Source of the DNA: an uncultured Acidimicrobiia bacterium
GTDB lineage: Bacteria; Actinomycetota; Acidimicrobiia; IMCC26256; JAENVU01
Direction: 5' to 3'
Length of the DNA: 64,000 nucleotides
NCBI GenBank assembly: GCA_963796755.1
Contig: CAWCMX010000001.1
Location: 1,558,556 to 1,622,555 of the forward strand
Part shown: piece after piece, positions 9,847 to 21,779 of the stretch
Layout of the letters: every line of letters begins with the position of its first letter
Position numbering within the stretch: position 1 is the stretch's first letter
The notes under the pieces: generated by a model
Database searches by the model: none
What the model saw: the letters and a program-made list of their open reading frames with translations, nothing else
Told to the model about the DNA's origin: nothing
Made by a program: the position numbers and the translations under genes

Positions 9847-10484
9847 TCAGCCGGGCGCGAGGAGCCCCGGCGAGCTCGGCCGGCGCGGTGACCAGACGGA
9901 GCCCCTCGCCGGCCAGCCATCCGTGGTTGCGGCGGTGGAGGTCGTCTTCGCCGTCGAAGCGGTTCGAACGCGACGAGCACGGTCGGCTCGTTCGGCAGCG
10001 CGTGCAGTGCGGCCGTCGCCAGCCGTACCGCGTTGATCGTCCCGAGCCCGGCCGGGGCGACGAGGACGACCGCGTCGACCTCGAGCGCGCGCCCGAGGCT
10101 CACGGTGTCGCCGTCGGAGGCGAGGGTGAGCGGGGCCCGCCCGCACCCTCGACCACCGTGATCGCTCCCGGCGGTGAGGGCGCGATCTCCGCGACCAGCT
10201 CCGCGATCGTGAACGGGGCCAGACCGAGCACGTCGGCCGCCATCGGCGGTGCCATCGGCACCGCGTACCAACGGTGACGCGGGCACACCGTCTCGGCCGG
10301 CTCGCCGCTCGCCCGCCCGAGGATCTCTGCATCGGTCGTGCCGAGCTCCTCGGGCGCGTAGGACTGCACGGGCTTGCGCGCCGCGACCGGTGACACCACT
10401 CGCACGCAGGGCGTCGACCGTGGCCCGCCCCCACCAGGTCTTGCCGACCTCGGTCTCGGTGCCGGTCAGCAGGACGCTGGTCAC
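9847..10484 (-). CDS. bioD: Dethiobiotin synthase (several frame slips)
   Basis: LTGTETEVGKT, ARKPVQS, PMAPPMAA, VVEGAGG, GLGTINAV. Confidence 0.9.
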
Positions 10485-11616
10485 GCGAGGTCGAGGCCTT
10501 CGAGCGCGCGCGTCGCAGCATGGCGACCTGATCGACCGAGTGCGCGGCCGAGAGCGCGATCCGCAGGCGCGACGTGCCCGCCGGCACCGTCGGGGGCCGG
10601 ATCGCGGGGACGAGCAACCCGAGCTCGAGGAGGGCCTGCGCGGCCGCCACCGCCCGGGCTTCGTGGCCGCACAGGGCCGGGACGATCGGCGACGGATGGC
10701 CGGGTCGGAGCTCGTCCACGTTGGCCCGGAGCCGCGCCCGCAGCACCTCGCCCTCGGACCCGCGCACGACGCGCAACGCCGCGAGCGCCGCGGCGGCGTC
10801 GGCGGGTGAGGTCGCGGTGGTGAAGATGTAGGTGCGCGCCCGGTTGACGACGAGCTCCGTGAGCGCGCGTGGACCGGCGACGAAGCCGCCGAGCGCGCCC
10901 AGCGTCTTCGAGAGGGTGCCGATGCGCAGCACCGTCGGGCCGGGGTCCGCGAGCTCGGGCCCGAGGACCGCGTGGGCCTCGTCGAGGACGAGCAGCGCGT
11001 CGTGGTGGGCGCAGAGCTCGGCGAGACCGTCGACGTCCGCGACGTCACCGTCCATCGAGAACACGGTGTCGCTGACCACGAGCGCCCGCCGGCCCTCGGT
11101 GCGCTCGCGCAGGAGGGTGTCGAGCACGTCGAGGTCCCGGTGCGGGTACACCGCGACCTCGCCGCGCGCGAGCGGCGTGCCGTCGATGATCGACGCGTGG
11201 TTGAGCTCGTCCGAGCAGACGAAGGTGCCGGGGCCGCCGAACGTCGTGAGCACGCCGAGGTTGGTCGCGAACCCGGTGGGGAAGAGCACCGCGGCCTCGG
11301 CGTGCTTCCAGTCCGCGAGCTCACGTTCGAGGTCGGAGTGGATGGGGCGGGAACCGACGATGAGCCGGGCCGCGCCGGATCCCGTGCCCCACCGGTCGAT
11401 CGCGGCGTGGGCGGCCTCGATGACCGACGGGTGCTGGGTCAGGCCGAGGTAGTCGTTCGACGCGAACGACGATGACGGCCCGACCTTCCGGCGCGAGCTT
11501 GCCCTCGGGACCTGCGGCGTCGAAGTCCACCGGCGCCCGCCATTGACCCGCGCTCCGGATCATCCGGGCCTGGGCCTCGGACCAGTCGGTCCAACCCGAC
11601 GATCGGGGTCGCTCAC
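10481..11616 (-). CDS. bioF: 8-amino-7-oxononanoate synthase (frame slips)
   Basis: [60 protein letters not shown]. Confidence 0.92.
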
Positions 11617-12927
11617 GAGACGGCCGCGCCGAAGTCGGTGACCTCGTCGATCGACTCGCCGAGGACGTGCGACGATCCGGTGGATCTCCTCGGAGGTGAC
11701 GGTCAGGGGCGGCATCAGGACGACGACGTCGCCGAGCGGGCGCAACAGCACGCCACGCTCGACCGCCGCGGCACAGACCTTGCGTCCCCACCGCAGCCCG
11801 TCGGTCGGGGGCGCGAGCTCGACACCGCCCATGAGGCCACGCAGCCGGACGTCGGCCACCTCCGGCAGCGACACGAGCCGATCGTCGAGCAACCCGCGCA
11901 GCTCGTCCGAACGGGCGCGGACGTTCGCGAGCACGTCGTACGCCTCGATGAGCTCGAGGTGGCGGAGCGCGACCGCAGCCGCGAGCGCGTTCCCGCTGTA
12001 CGAGTGGCCGTGGTACAGCGTGCGCGTCCGAGAGGTCCGGGCCGAGGAACGCGTCGAACACCCGCCCCGACGCGACGGTTGCAGACATTGGCAGGTACCC
12101 GGCGGTCAAGCCCTTGCCGAGGCAGAGGAGGTCGGGCCGCGATCGCGGCTTGCTCCGAGGCGAACAGCGTCCCGGTGCGACCGAAGCCCGTCGCGACCTC
12201 GTCGCAGATGAGCAGGACGTCGTGCTCGCGACACGTCACCGCGAGCCGCGCGAGGTCGTCGGGTCGCCGCGAGCTGCATCCCCGCCGCGCCTTGCACCAG
12301 CGGCTCGATGATCACGGCGGCCAGCTCGTGCGCGTGCTCGGCGACCATCGCGCCCGCCACCGCGAAGCACTCGGGTTCGGTGAACGCGGGCGCCCGGAGG
12401 ACCGGAAAGCGCAGCGGGTCGAAGAGGTCGGTGCCGAACCCGCCGGCGCCGACGGACAGGGCGCCGATCGTGTCGCCGTGGTACGCGTCGCCGAAACCGA
12501 GGAAGGTGTTCCGGCCGGTGATCCCGCGGTTCACCCAGTACTGGAACGCGATCTTCAGCGCCTGCTCGACCGCGGAGGCCCCGTCGGACGCGTAGAGGAA
12601 GTGCGCGTCCTCGACCGGGACGACCTGGGCGAGTGCTTCCGAGAGCTCGACCACGATCCGGTTGCCGTTGCCGAGCATGGTCGTGTGCGCGCCGCGGGCC
12701 AGCTGCCCACGGATGGCCTCGTCGAGCTCCGGGACCGCGTGACCGAGGGTCGTGACCCAGAGCGACGAGATCGCGTCGAGGTAACGGCGCCCGTCGACAT
12801 CGATGACGTCGTGGCCCTCGGCGCGGTCGACGACCACGGGCGCGTTGTCCGCGTAGCTCGACATCTGGGTGAAGCCGTGCCACACCACTGCCGCGTCACG
12901 CGCCACCCACTCGTCATGCTGGCCCAC
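11613..12927 (-). CDS. bioA: Adenosylmethionine-8-amino-7-oxononanoate transaminase (frame slips)
   Basis: [55 protein letters not shown]. Confidence 0.92.
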
Positions 12928-13007
12928 GACCCGGATGCTACGACCCGCGTGATTCTCCGGTTCGTGCCGGTCCCCGTCGCCGGCACGGGTCGGCGTACCG
13001 ACGGGGC

Positions 13008-14362
13008 TCAGGCCTTTGCGAGCTCGGCGCAGAAGTCGGCGAACTGGTCGACGTAGCGGTCGATGTCCGCCTCGGTGTGCTGGACGGAGATCGTCCACTG
13101 CTCCTCGTCGCCCGGCGTCATGAAGACCCCGCGGTTCATGGCCCACGGGTACGACGCGAGGTAGAGGTCCGGGTTGGTCTCGAGGAAGTCGCGGTAGTTC
13201 CGCAGGGGCTCGGGCCGGTAGGACACGCAGCCCTTGGCGCCGAGGTCCACCGCGTGACCGGGGATCGCGTTCTCGGCCATCGCCCGCGCGCAGCCCTCGG
13301 CGAGGCGGGTGCCGAGCTTGGCGAGCCCCTCGTACGCGTCGGGCGTGAGGACCTCGGTGAGCGTGGCCAGCCCGGCGGCGGCCACGAGCGGGTTGCCGTT
13401 GAAGGTCCCCTGCTGGGCCGCGCCGTGGTCGATGGCGTCCATGACGTCGGCGCGACCCCCGAACGCCGCGGCCGGCGTGCCGCCGCCGATCGCCTTGGCC
13501 CAGCACGCGAGGTCGGGGAGGACGCCGTAGCGCTCCACCGCGCCACCGGACGCGATCGTCGCGCCGCTCTTCACCTCGTCGAAGATCAGGAGCGCGCCGT
13601 GCTTGTGCAGCAGGTCGGCGAGACCCTGGAGGTACCCGGGCTCGGGCTGGCAGATGCCGATGTTCATCATCACGGGCTCGAGGATCAGGCACGCGATCTC
13701 GTCGCCACGCGCGTCGAGGAGTGCGCCGAGGACCTCGAGGTCGTTGAACGGCACGACGTGGGTGTACTGGCTCATCACCGCCGGGATGCCGTTGGACATC
13801 GGGGTGGTCGCGGGCGCCTCGCGGCCGCCCATCATGTCGGAGTTGGGCACGACGGAGAACATCACCGCATCGTGGTGCCCGTGGTACGAGCCTTCGATCT
13901 TCACGATGTGCTCGCGTCCCGTCGCCGCGCGCGCGACGCGGATCGCGCTCATGGTCGCCTCGGTGCCCGAGTTGCAGAACCGCACCGACTCGGCGCGGAA
14001 GCGCCGGCACAGCTCCTCGGCGAAGCGGACGGTCGACTCCGTCGGCGCGGCGAAGTGCGTGCCGGTGCGCGCTGCGCGCTCGATCGCCTCCGCGACCTTG
14101 GGGTGCGCGTGACCCACGACCATCGAGCCGAACCCGTTGTGGAAGTCCAGGTACTCGTTGCCGTCCACGTCCCAGACCCGGCTCCCCTTTCCCTCGCGCA
14201 GGTACACCGGATAGGGCTCCCACGCCTGGAACGACGACGGGACCCCCTGGGGCATGTGACCAGCGCGCGGTCGAACAGCGTCTTCGACCCGGTGGTGCGC
14301 GCCCAGAGCCGGGTGTTCTCGGCCTTGGTGATCTCGGCCGCTCGAGCGTTCAGGTCTGCCAT
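13008..14362 (-). CDS. Class III aminotransferase, HemL/GSA-like paralog (frame slip near 14258)
   Basis: GVPSSFQ, FCNSGTEAT, EGSYHGHHD, FDEVKSG, WAKAIGGG, GTFNGNP; true hemL lies elsewhere (53430). Confidence 0.85.
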
Positions 14363-14403
14363 GGCGATCTCGATTCGTTTCGGGGGCGGTGAGAGTGGCG
14401 TGA

Positions 14404-15827
14404 TCAGTGCTTGATCATCACGTGCTTGAGCTCGGTGTACGCCTCGATCGCGTAGATCGACATGTCCTTGCCGTAGCCGGACTGCTTGAAGCCGCCGTGG
14501 GGCATCTCCGAGACGATCGGGATGTGGTCGTTCACCCAGACGCACCCGAAGTGGAGTGCCTGGCTCATCCGCATCGCACGCCCGACATCGCGGGTCCAGA
14601 CGCTCGCCGAGAGCCCGTAGTCCACGTCGTTGGCCCACGCCAGCGCCTGCTCCTCGTCGGAGAACCGCTGCACGGAGACGACCGGGCCGAACACCTCGCG
14701 CTGGACGATCTCGCTGTCCTGGGTCGGGTTGGCGACGATCGACGGCTCATAGAAGAAGCCGGGGCGGTCCATCGCGTGGCCGCCGACGGTGACCTCGGCG
14801 CCGGCGTCGACCGCGCGCGACACCATCCCCTGCACCCGCTCGAGCTGATCACCGGAGATGACCGGGCCCATCGCAGTCCCTTCGTCGAACGGGTCACCGG
14901 TCACGATCCCGCCGACCGAGTCGGTGAGGCCGCTGACGAGATCGTCGAAGACCTTCGGTCCGGCCATGAGCCGGCACGGCGCGGTGCAGTCCTGGCCCGA
15001 GTTGTAATAGGCCATGTCGGTGAGGATCACGATCGCCGACTCGATGTCCGCGTCGTCGAAGATCACGACGGGCGCCTTGCCGCCGAGCTCGAGGTGGACG
15101 CGCTTGAGCGTCTCGGCCGCGGTGCGGGCGATGAGCTTGCCGGTCTCCACGCTCCCGGTCAGCGAGACCATCGCGACCTCCGGGTGGCGGACGAGCGCGT
15201 CGCCCGCGGTCTCGCCCTGACCGGTGACGACGTTCAGCACGCCGGTCGGGAGGATGTCGGCGGTGATCTCGGCCAGCCGCAGCGCACTGAGCGGCGTCAG
15301 CTCCGACGGCTTGAGCACGACGGTGTTGCCGGCGGCCAGAGCGGGCCCGAGCTTCCACGTCGCCATGTTGATCGGGTAGTTCCACGGCGCGATGCGAGCC
15401 GACGACGCCGAGCCGCGTCGCGGCGCACGTAGCTGGTGTGGTCCTCCAGGTACTCGCCCGCGGCCCGGCCCTCGAGGAAGCGGGCCCCGCCGGCGAAGAA
15501 CCGCCAGTTGTCGACGGTCAGGTCCATCTCGAACTCGATCATCGAGGCGGGCTTGCCGCAGTTCTCCATCTCGATCCGCTTGATGGTGTCGAGGTCGGCC
15601 TCGATCGCGTCGGCCACCTTGTGCAGGCGCTCGCTGCGCTCCCGGGGCGTCATCGTGGCCCACTCGTCGAACGCCGCGGCCGCGGCCCCGACCGCCGCGT
15701 CGACGTCCTCCGCCCCGCTCGCCGGGACCTTGGCGAGCACCTCGCCGGTCGCCGGGTTCAGGACCTCGTCGGTGGCGCCACCGCGGGCGTCGACCCAGCT
15801 GCCGCCGATGAAGTTCTGGTCGGGCAT
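14404..15827 (-). CDS. Gamma-aminobutyraldehyde dehydrogenase (PatD/YdcW-like; frame slip near 15410)
   Basis: [54 protein letters not shown]. Confidence 0.9.
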
Positions 15828-15892
15828 GGCGTGGCTCCCTCTGTCCGGACGGTTTCGACCACGATGTTGCGCTGCGCGTCAGGCGCTGCGCA

Positions 15893-15934
15893 AGGGATTC
15901 CGTTGCGATCGTGTAACAAGGTTACGGATTCCGT
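15893..15934. promoter_or_regulatory. Putative Lrp operator pair in the divergent dehydrogenase/potA promoter
   Basis: AGGGATTCCGT (15893) and palindromic ACGGATTCCGT (15924), 31 bp apart. Confidence 0.6.
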
Positions 15935-16047
15935 GCCTCGGGTATTGCATCGCCGGGGCCCATCTGCGAGCCTCGGCCGATCGGTCTGCGGGGGTACCGC
16001 GCTGAGGAGCACGAGCGGTTCAGGAGGCGAGAGCGCTGACGGGGGCA

Positions 16048-17214
16048 TTGGCGGCCGGAAACGACGTCGTCATCTCGATCGACAAGGTCACGAAGCGGTT
16101 CGGGGCCTTCGTCGCGGTCGACGACGCCAACTTCGACATCCGCCGGGCCGAGTTCTTCTCGATGCTCGGCCCCTCCGGCTGCGGCAAGACCACGACCCTG
16201 CGCATGATCGCGGGCTTCGAGCAGCCCTCGGAAGGCCAGATCCGGCTCGAGGGCAGCGATGTCTCGAAGGTCCCGCCGTACAAGCGCAACGTCAACACCG
16301 TCTTCCAGGCGTACGCGCTGTTCCCGCACATGTCGGTGCACGACAACGTCGCCTTCGGCCTGAAGGCCAAGAAGGTCCCCAAGGCGGAGATCGAGAAGCG
16401 GGTCGTCGAGCTCCTCGCGATCGTGCGGCTGGCCGACTTCGCGTCGCGCAAGCCTGCGCAGCTCTCCGGTGGTCAGCAGCAGCGGGTCGCGCTGGCCCGG
16501 GCCCTCGTGAACTATCCGAGCGCGCTGCTGCTCGACGAGCCCCTCGGCGCGCTCGACCTCAAGCTCCGCCAGGCGATGCAGCTCGAGCTGAAGCGGATCC
16601 AACGTGAGGTCGGCATCACCTTCATCTTCGTGACCCACGATCAGGAAGAGGCGCTCACGATGAGCGACCGGATCGCGGTCATGAACGAGGGACGGGTCGA
16701 GCAGATCGGCTCGCCCGAGGAGATCTACCACGAGCCCGAGACCGAGTTCGTCGCCGGGTTCATCGGCATGGCCAACCTGCTCCCGGCCCGGATCGAGGGC
16801 TACGAAGGTTCGCTCTGCGTCGCCCGGGTCGCGGGCGAACGGGTGGTCCGCGCGCCGGCCGTCGAAGGGTTGGACGTCGGTGGGGTCGCGACGCTGATGA
16901 TCCGGCCCGAGCGGATGCACCTGCAGATCGACGAGCCCGCGAGCGGGAGCGCGTCCGTGCCGGCCGAAGTCGTCGACCTGGTGTTCCAGGGCCCGTTGGT
17001 CCGGTTCGACCTGCGCGCCCTCGACGGCAGCCCGCTCGTCGCCCACGTCGGTCCCGAAGACGATCTGCCCCTGCTCCGCCCGGGCGATCGGGTGTGGGCC
17101 GCGTGGGAGCCGGAGGCCGGCCGGCTGTTGCGCCGTTCCGAGCGCGTCGCGGCCGACCCGACCCTCCAAGAGATCGAAGCGCTGAAACCTGTGAGCACGA
17201 GGAGCGAGCCATGA
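16048..17214 (+). CDS. potA: Spermidine/putrescine ABC transporter ATP-binding protein
   Basis: [48 protein letters not shown] tail. Confidence 0.93.
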   Translation: MAAGNDVVISIDKVTKRFGAFVAVDDANFDIRRAEFFSMLGPSGCGKTTTLRMIAGFEQPSEGQIRLEGSDVSKVPPYKRNVNTVFQAYALFPHMSVHDNVAFGLKAKKVPKAEIEKRVVELLAIVRLADFASRKPAQLSGGQQQRVALARALVNYPSALLLDEPLGALDLKLRQAMQLELKRIQREVGITFIFVTHDQEEALTMSDRIAVMNEGRVEQIGSPEEIYHEPETEFVAGFIGMANLLPARIEGYEGSLCVARVAGERVVRAPAVEGLDVGGVATLMIRPERMHLQIDEPASGSASVPAEVVDLVFQGPLVRFDLRALDGSPLVAHVGPEDDLPLLRPGDRVWAAWEPEAGRLLRRSERVAADPTLQEIEALKPVSTRSEP

Positions 17215-18391
17215 GCAACCGTGATGACCGGATCCGCCGCGACCAGGTGCGTCTCGCGCGCCTGGGCATGTCCCGCCGGCAGTTCCTCGGGCGCGGCGGC
17301 GCGCTGCTCGGCGGGCTCGCCGTCGCGCCGGCCGTCCTCGCCGCGTGCGGGGGAAGCAGTGGCGGCTCGAGCTCCGGATCGGGCAAGAGCGTCTCCATCT
17401 CGAACTGGACGAGCTACATCACGGAGCAGTCGAAGTCGGACTTCACCAAGGACACGGGCATCAAGCTCACCTACACCGAGGACATCAACGACAACGACGA
17501 GTACTTCGCCAAGATCCGCCCGAACCTGAGCCAGCGACCAGAGCATCGGTCGCGACGGCTTCGTGCTGACGGACTGGATGGCGAACCGCATGATCAACCA
17601 GGTCAAGTGGGTCGAACCCCTCGTCACCGCGCAGTTCCCGAACAAGACGAACCTGCGCGGCCCGCTGAAGGCCCCCGGCTTCGACCCGACCCGCAAGTTC
17701 AGCGCGCCGTGGGCGAGCGGGGTCACGGGGATCGCCTACAACATCAAGACGACCGGGAAGGAGATCAGGACCGTCCAGGACTTCCTCGACGTGCCCGGAA
17801 CGAAGACGGCGCTCGACCGAGATGCGCGACACCGTCGGGCTGTTCATGCGCTCGCTGGGCATCGACACGGCGCACCCCACGTACAGCAAGGCTCAACCGG
17901 CGTTCGACGCGCTGCAGAAGGCGGTGAGCGACGGCAAGATCAAGGGCTTCAACGGCAACGAGTATGTGAGCGACCTCGGAGCCGGCAACCTCTCGGCCGC
18001 CTTCGCGTGGTCCGGTGACGTGGCCCAGATCACCCTCGACAACCCCGATGTCCGCTTCGCCGTGCCGGACTCGGGCGGGATGCTCTGGTCCGACAACTTC
18101 ATGATCCCCAAGACCACGGACAAGGCCAACCTCGCGACCGATTTCATCAACTTCTTCTACGACCCGAAGAACGCCGCGGTGCTCACCGCCGGGATCAAGT
18201 ACATCTCGCCGGTCGAGGGAGTCAACGAGGAGCTCACCAAGATGGGCGGGAAGGCGGCGGCCCTCGTCAACAACCCGCTCGTCGTTCCGACCGACGAGTT
18301 CCTCGCGACCCTGGCGATCTTCGGTCCGCTGGACTCGGCCGAGGAGGTCAAGTTCGACAAGCGGTTCTCCCAGATCCTCGGGTCGGGCTGA
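17211..18391 (+). CDS. potD: Polyamine ABC substrate-binding lipoprotein, Tat-exported (frame slips)
   Basis: SRRQFLGR Tat motif, LAAC lipobox, [21 protein letters not shown]. Confidence 0.88.
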
Positions 18392-18418
18392 GCCGGTCGG
18401 TCGAAGAGGGGCCCATCG

Positions 18419-19289
18419 GTGAACGAGCGGGACGACCAGGGACGCAAGCGGGCGCGCTGACGCACCGTGGCTCCTGCTCGGCCCGGGGATGCTGTTCCTG
18501 TTCCTCTTCTTCTTCTTCCCGTTGTACACGCTCGGGCGGATGTCGCTCTCGTACCGGCCCAGCCGGTTCGCGAACCCGCAGTTCGGATGGCAGTGGAGCA
18601 ACTTCTCCAACGCGTTCTCGCAGTACGGCAGCCAGTTCACGCGATCGTTCGTCTACGCCGCGCTGGCGACGCTGCTCGCGCTGATCATCGGCTACCCGCT
18701 GGCCTACGTGATCGCGTTCCGGGGCGGTCGGTTCCGCAACATCCTCCTCGGGCTCGTCGTCGTGCCGTTCTTCACGAACTTCCTCATCCGCACCTTGGCG
18801 TGGAAGACGATCCTCGGCGACCAGGGGATGGTCGTCGGGTTCCTGCGTGACGTGGGGATCCTCGGTCCGACCGGGACCCTGCTGCGCACGCCGATCGCGG
18901 TGATCGGCGGGCTGACCTACAACTTCCTACCCTTCATGGTGCTGCCGATCTATGTGGCGCTCGAGAAGATCGACCCGCGCCTGGTCGATGCCGCCCGTGA
19001 CCTCTACTCGAACACGTGGCGTGCGTTTCGCAAGGTGATCGTGCCGCTTTCGATGCCCGGCGTGTTCGCGGGGAGCCTGCTGGTCTTCATCCCGGCGGCC
19101 GGCGACTTCGTCAACGCGTACTACCTGGGCAACGCACAGACGTCGATGATCGGCAACGTCGTGCAGGACCAATTCCTGGTGCAGACCGACTACCCGGTTG
19201 CCGCCGCGCTCTCGTTCGTCTTCATGGCCATCGTGATGGTGATCGTCGTCATCTACGCCTTCGTGCTCGGCACCGAGGACATCGCGTGA
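18419..19289 (+). CDS. potB: Polyamine ABC permease (5' frame slip)
   Basis: IGYPLAY, PFFTNFLIRT, YNFLPFMVLP, EAA-like loop DAARDL. Confidence 0.88.
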
Positions 19290-20188
19290 CCGCCACCGCA
19301 ACCCGTTCATCGGGAACGGACCGCGTCGCGCGCGACGACCGGAGCGGCACGGTGACCTCGACCGGCGGTCGGATCGGGCGGGGCCTCATCGACCTCGCCG
19401 CAGGACTCGGTCTGCTCTACCTCTTCCTGCCGATCTTCGTCATCGTGATGTTCAGCTTCAACAAGCCCATCGGTCGATTCAACGCGGTCTGGCAGCAGTT
19501 CACGTTCGACAACTGGCTGGACCCGTTCAAGGACAAGGCGCTCGTCGACGCGTTGAAGCTGAGCCTGGAGGTCGCGTTGATCGCGACCGTGATCGCAACG
19601 GTGCTCGGCACGTTCGTCGCACTCGCGCTCGTGCGCTACCGGTTCCGCGGTGGGCAGTCCGTGAACTTCCTGCTGGTGCTGCCACTGACTGCGCCGGAGA
19701 TCGTGCTGGGTGCATCACTGCTCACGCTCTTCCTGGAGCCGCATCTCGTGTTGATCAACCACAACTTCGCACTGGGCTTCACCACGATCGTGATCGCCCA
19801 CATCATGTTCTGCGTCAGCTACGTCGCGTTGACGGTCAAGGCGCGCCTCCGCGGATTCGACTGGACCCTGGAGGATGCGGCGATGGATCTCGGTGCGCCG
19901 CCGACGCGCACCTTCATGAAGGTCACGCTTCCGCTCATCACCCCTGGCATCCTCGCGGCGGCGCTGCTCTCGTTCGCACTCTCGATCGACGACTTCATCA
20001 TCACGTACTTCGTCTCGGGTCCGTCGACGACGACGTTCCCGATCCGGATCTTCGGGGAATCGCGCACCGCGACCCCGCCGCAGATCAACGTGCTCGCGTC
20101 GATGATCCTGTTCGGCAGCATCATCGTGCTCGCGGTGGGAACCTTGTTGGGCCAGCGGCGTGAGCGCCGGCTCAACCAGGCGGCCTGA
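19286..20188 (+). CDS. potC: Polyamine ABC permease
   Basis: LFLPIFVIVMFSFN, PEIVLG, LEDAAMDLGA, SIDDFIIT. Confidence 0.9.
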   Translation: MTATATRSSGTDRVARDDRSGTVTSTGGRIGRGLIDLAAGLGLLYLFLPIFVIVMFSFNKPIGRFNAVWQQFTFDNWLDPFKDKALVDALKLSLEVALIATVIATVLGTFVALALVRYRFRGGQSVNFLLVLPLTAPEIVLGASLLTLFLEPHLVLINHNFALGFTTIVIAHIMFCVSYVALTVKARLRGFDWTLEDAAMDLGAPPTRTFMKVTLPLITPGILAAALLSFALSIDDFIITYFVSGPSTTTFPIRIFGESRTATPPQINVLASMILFGSIIVLAVGTLLGQRRERRLNQAA

Positions 20189-20220
20189 CCCGGTCACACC
20201 GGGCCGCGAAAGGACCACCG

Positions 20221-21705
20221 ATGCGCACCGTGCAGCACTGGATCGACGGCAAGCCGTGGGACGGGACCCCGACGCGCACGGGCGACGTCTTCGACCCGTC
20301 GACCGGGGCGGTGCAGGCCGAGGTCGCCCTGGCGGGACCGCCGGAGATCGACGCGGCGGTGCAGAGCGCCGTCCAGGCCTTCGGGGAGTGGCGCGAGGTC
20401 TCGTCGTCGCGCCGGGTGCGGATCCTGTTCGCGTTCCGGGAGGCGTTGGAGCGGCGCAAGGACGAGCTTGCCGCGACGATCAGTGCCGAGCACGGCAAGG
20501 TGCTGTCGGACGCGCTCGGCGAGGTCGGTCGGGGCCAAGAGGTCGTGGAGTTCGCGTGTGGCATCCCCCACCTGTTGAAGGGTGGGTACTCCGAATCGGT
20601 GTCGACCGGGACGGACGTCCACTCGATCCGCCAACCGCTCGGGGTCGTCGCCGGCATCACGCCGTTCAACTTCCCCGCGATGGTGCCCATGTGGATGTTC
20701 CCGGTGGCGATCGCCTGCGGGAACTCGTTCGTGCTCAAGCCGAGCGACCGGGACCCGTCGGCGTCACTCCTGATCGCCGAGCTCTGGGCGGGAGCCGGGC
20801 TGCCCGCGGGCGTGTTCACCGTGCTCCAGGGGGACAAGGAGGCGGTCGACGGCCTGCTCACCCATCCGGACGTCCGGGCGGTGAGCTTCGTCGGCTCGAC
20901 GCCCGTCGCGCGCCACGTCTACGAGACGGCGGCGGCGAACGGCAAGCGCGTGCAGGCCCTCGGCGGGGCGAAGAACCACATGGTCGTGCTGCCCGACGCG
21001 GACCTCGAGGACGCGGCCGACGCCGCGGTCAGCGCCGGGTATGGGTCGGCTGGTGAGCGCTGCATGGCGATCTCCGTCGTGGTCGCCGTCGGTGACGTCG
21101 CGGACGCCCTGGTCGAGGCGATCGCGGTCCGCACCCGCGCGGTGCAGATCGGCGCCGGCAACGAGCCCGGTGCGGAGATGGGACCGCTCGTGACCGCCGG
21201 CCACCGCGACCGCGTGCGCGGGTACGTGGACGGCGGGCTCGCCGAAGGTGCGCAGCTCGTCGTCGACGGGCGCGCGGCGACCGTGCCCGACTCCGGGTTC
21301 TTCCTCGGCCCCTGCCTGTTCGACCGGGTCACCCCGGCGATGGCGCTGTACCGCGACGAGATCTTCGGGCCGGTGCTCTCGGTGGTGCGGGTCGAGACCT
21401 ACGACGACGCGGTGCGACTCGTCTCCGAGAACCCGTACGGCAACGGGGTCGCGATCTTCACCCGTGACGGCGGCGCGGCGCGACGGTTCGAGCACGAGGT
21501 CGACGCGGGGATGGTCGGGGTGAACGTCCCGATCCCGGTGCCGATGGCCTACTACTCGTTCGGCGGTTGGAAGCAGAGCCTCTTCGGTGACACGCACGTG
21601 CACGGCCCCGAGGGTGTCCACTTCTACACGCGGGGCAAGGTCGTCACGAGCCGCTGGACCGACCCCGCAGCTCGTGGCCCCGACCTCGGCTTCCCCACTT
21701 CCTGA
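20221..21705 (+). CDS. mmsA: CoA-acylating (methyl)malonate-semialdehyde dehydrogenase
   Basis: ITPFNFPAMVPMW, ALGGAKNH, AGERCMAIS, GVNVPIPVP. Confidence 0.95.
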   Translation: MRTVQHWIDGKPWDGTPTRTGDVFDPSTGAVQAEVALAGPPEIDAAVQSAVQAFGEWREVSSSRRVRILFAFREALERRKDELAATISAEHGKVLSDALGEVGRGQEVVEFACGIPHLLKGGYSESVSTGTDVHSIRQPLGVVAGITPFNFPAMVPMWMFPVAIACGNSFVLKPSDRDPSASLLIAELWAGAGLPAGVFTVLQGDKEAVDGLLTHPDVRAVSFVGSTPVARHVYETAAANGKRVQALGGAKNHMVVLPDADLEDAADAAVSAGYGSAGERCMAISVVVAVGDVADALVEAIAVRTRAVQIGAGNEPGAEMGPLVTAGHRDRVRGYVDGGLAEGAQLVVDGRAATVPDSGFFLGPCLFDRVTPAMALYRDEIFGPVLSVVRVETYDDAVRLVSENPYGNGVAIFTRDGGAARRFEHEVDAGMVGVNVPIPVPMAYYSFGGWKQSLFGDTHVHGPEGVHFYTRGKVVTSRWTDPAARGPDLGFPTS

Positions 21706-21779
21706 GGGTCTCCGCCGGCCGATCGCCGGACCGCGGCCGGCTGGTGGCCGGCGGCGGCTTTTCGCTGCGGCACGCGTGC

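Noticed and set aside
12106-14223. Apparent fusion ORFs (aminotransferase-BioA, Lrp-aminotransferase, SDR-DUF421, CopCD-YcnI, MauE-DsbA)
   Set aside because: Produced by frame slips or off-frame read-through; each partner has its own start and stop
13008-14362. Calling this gene hemL
   Set aside because: Canonical hemL is in the hem operon at 53430; this paralog has divergent motifs and a polyamine context
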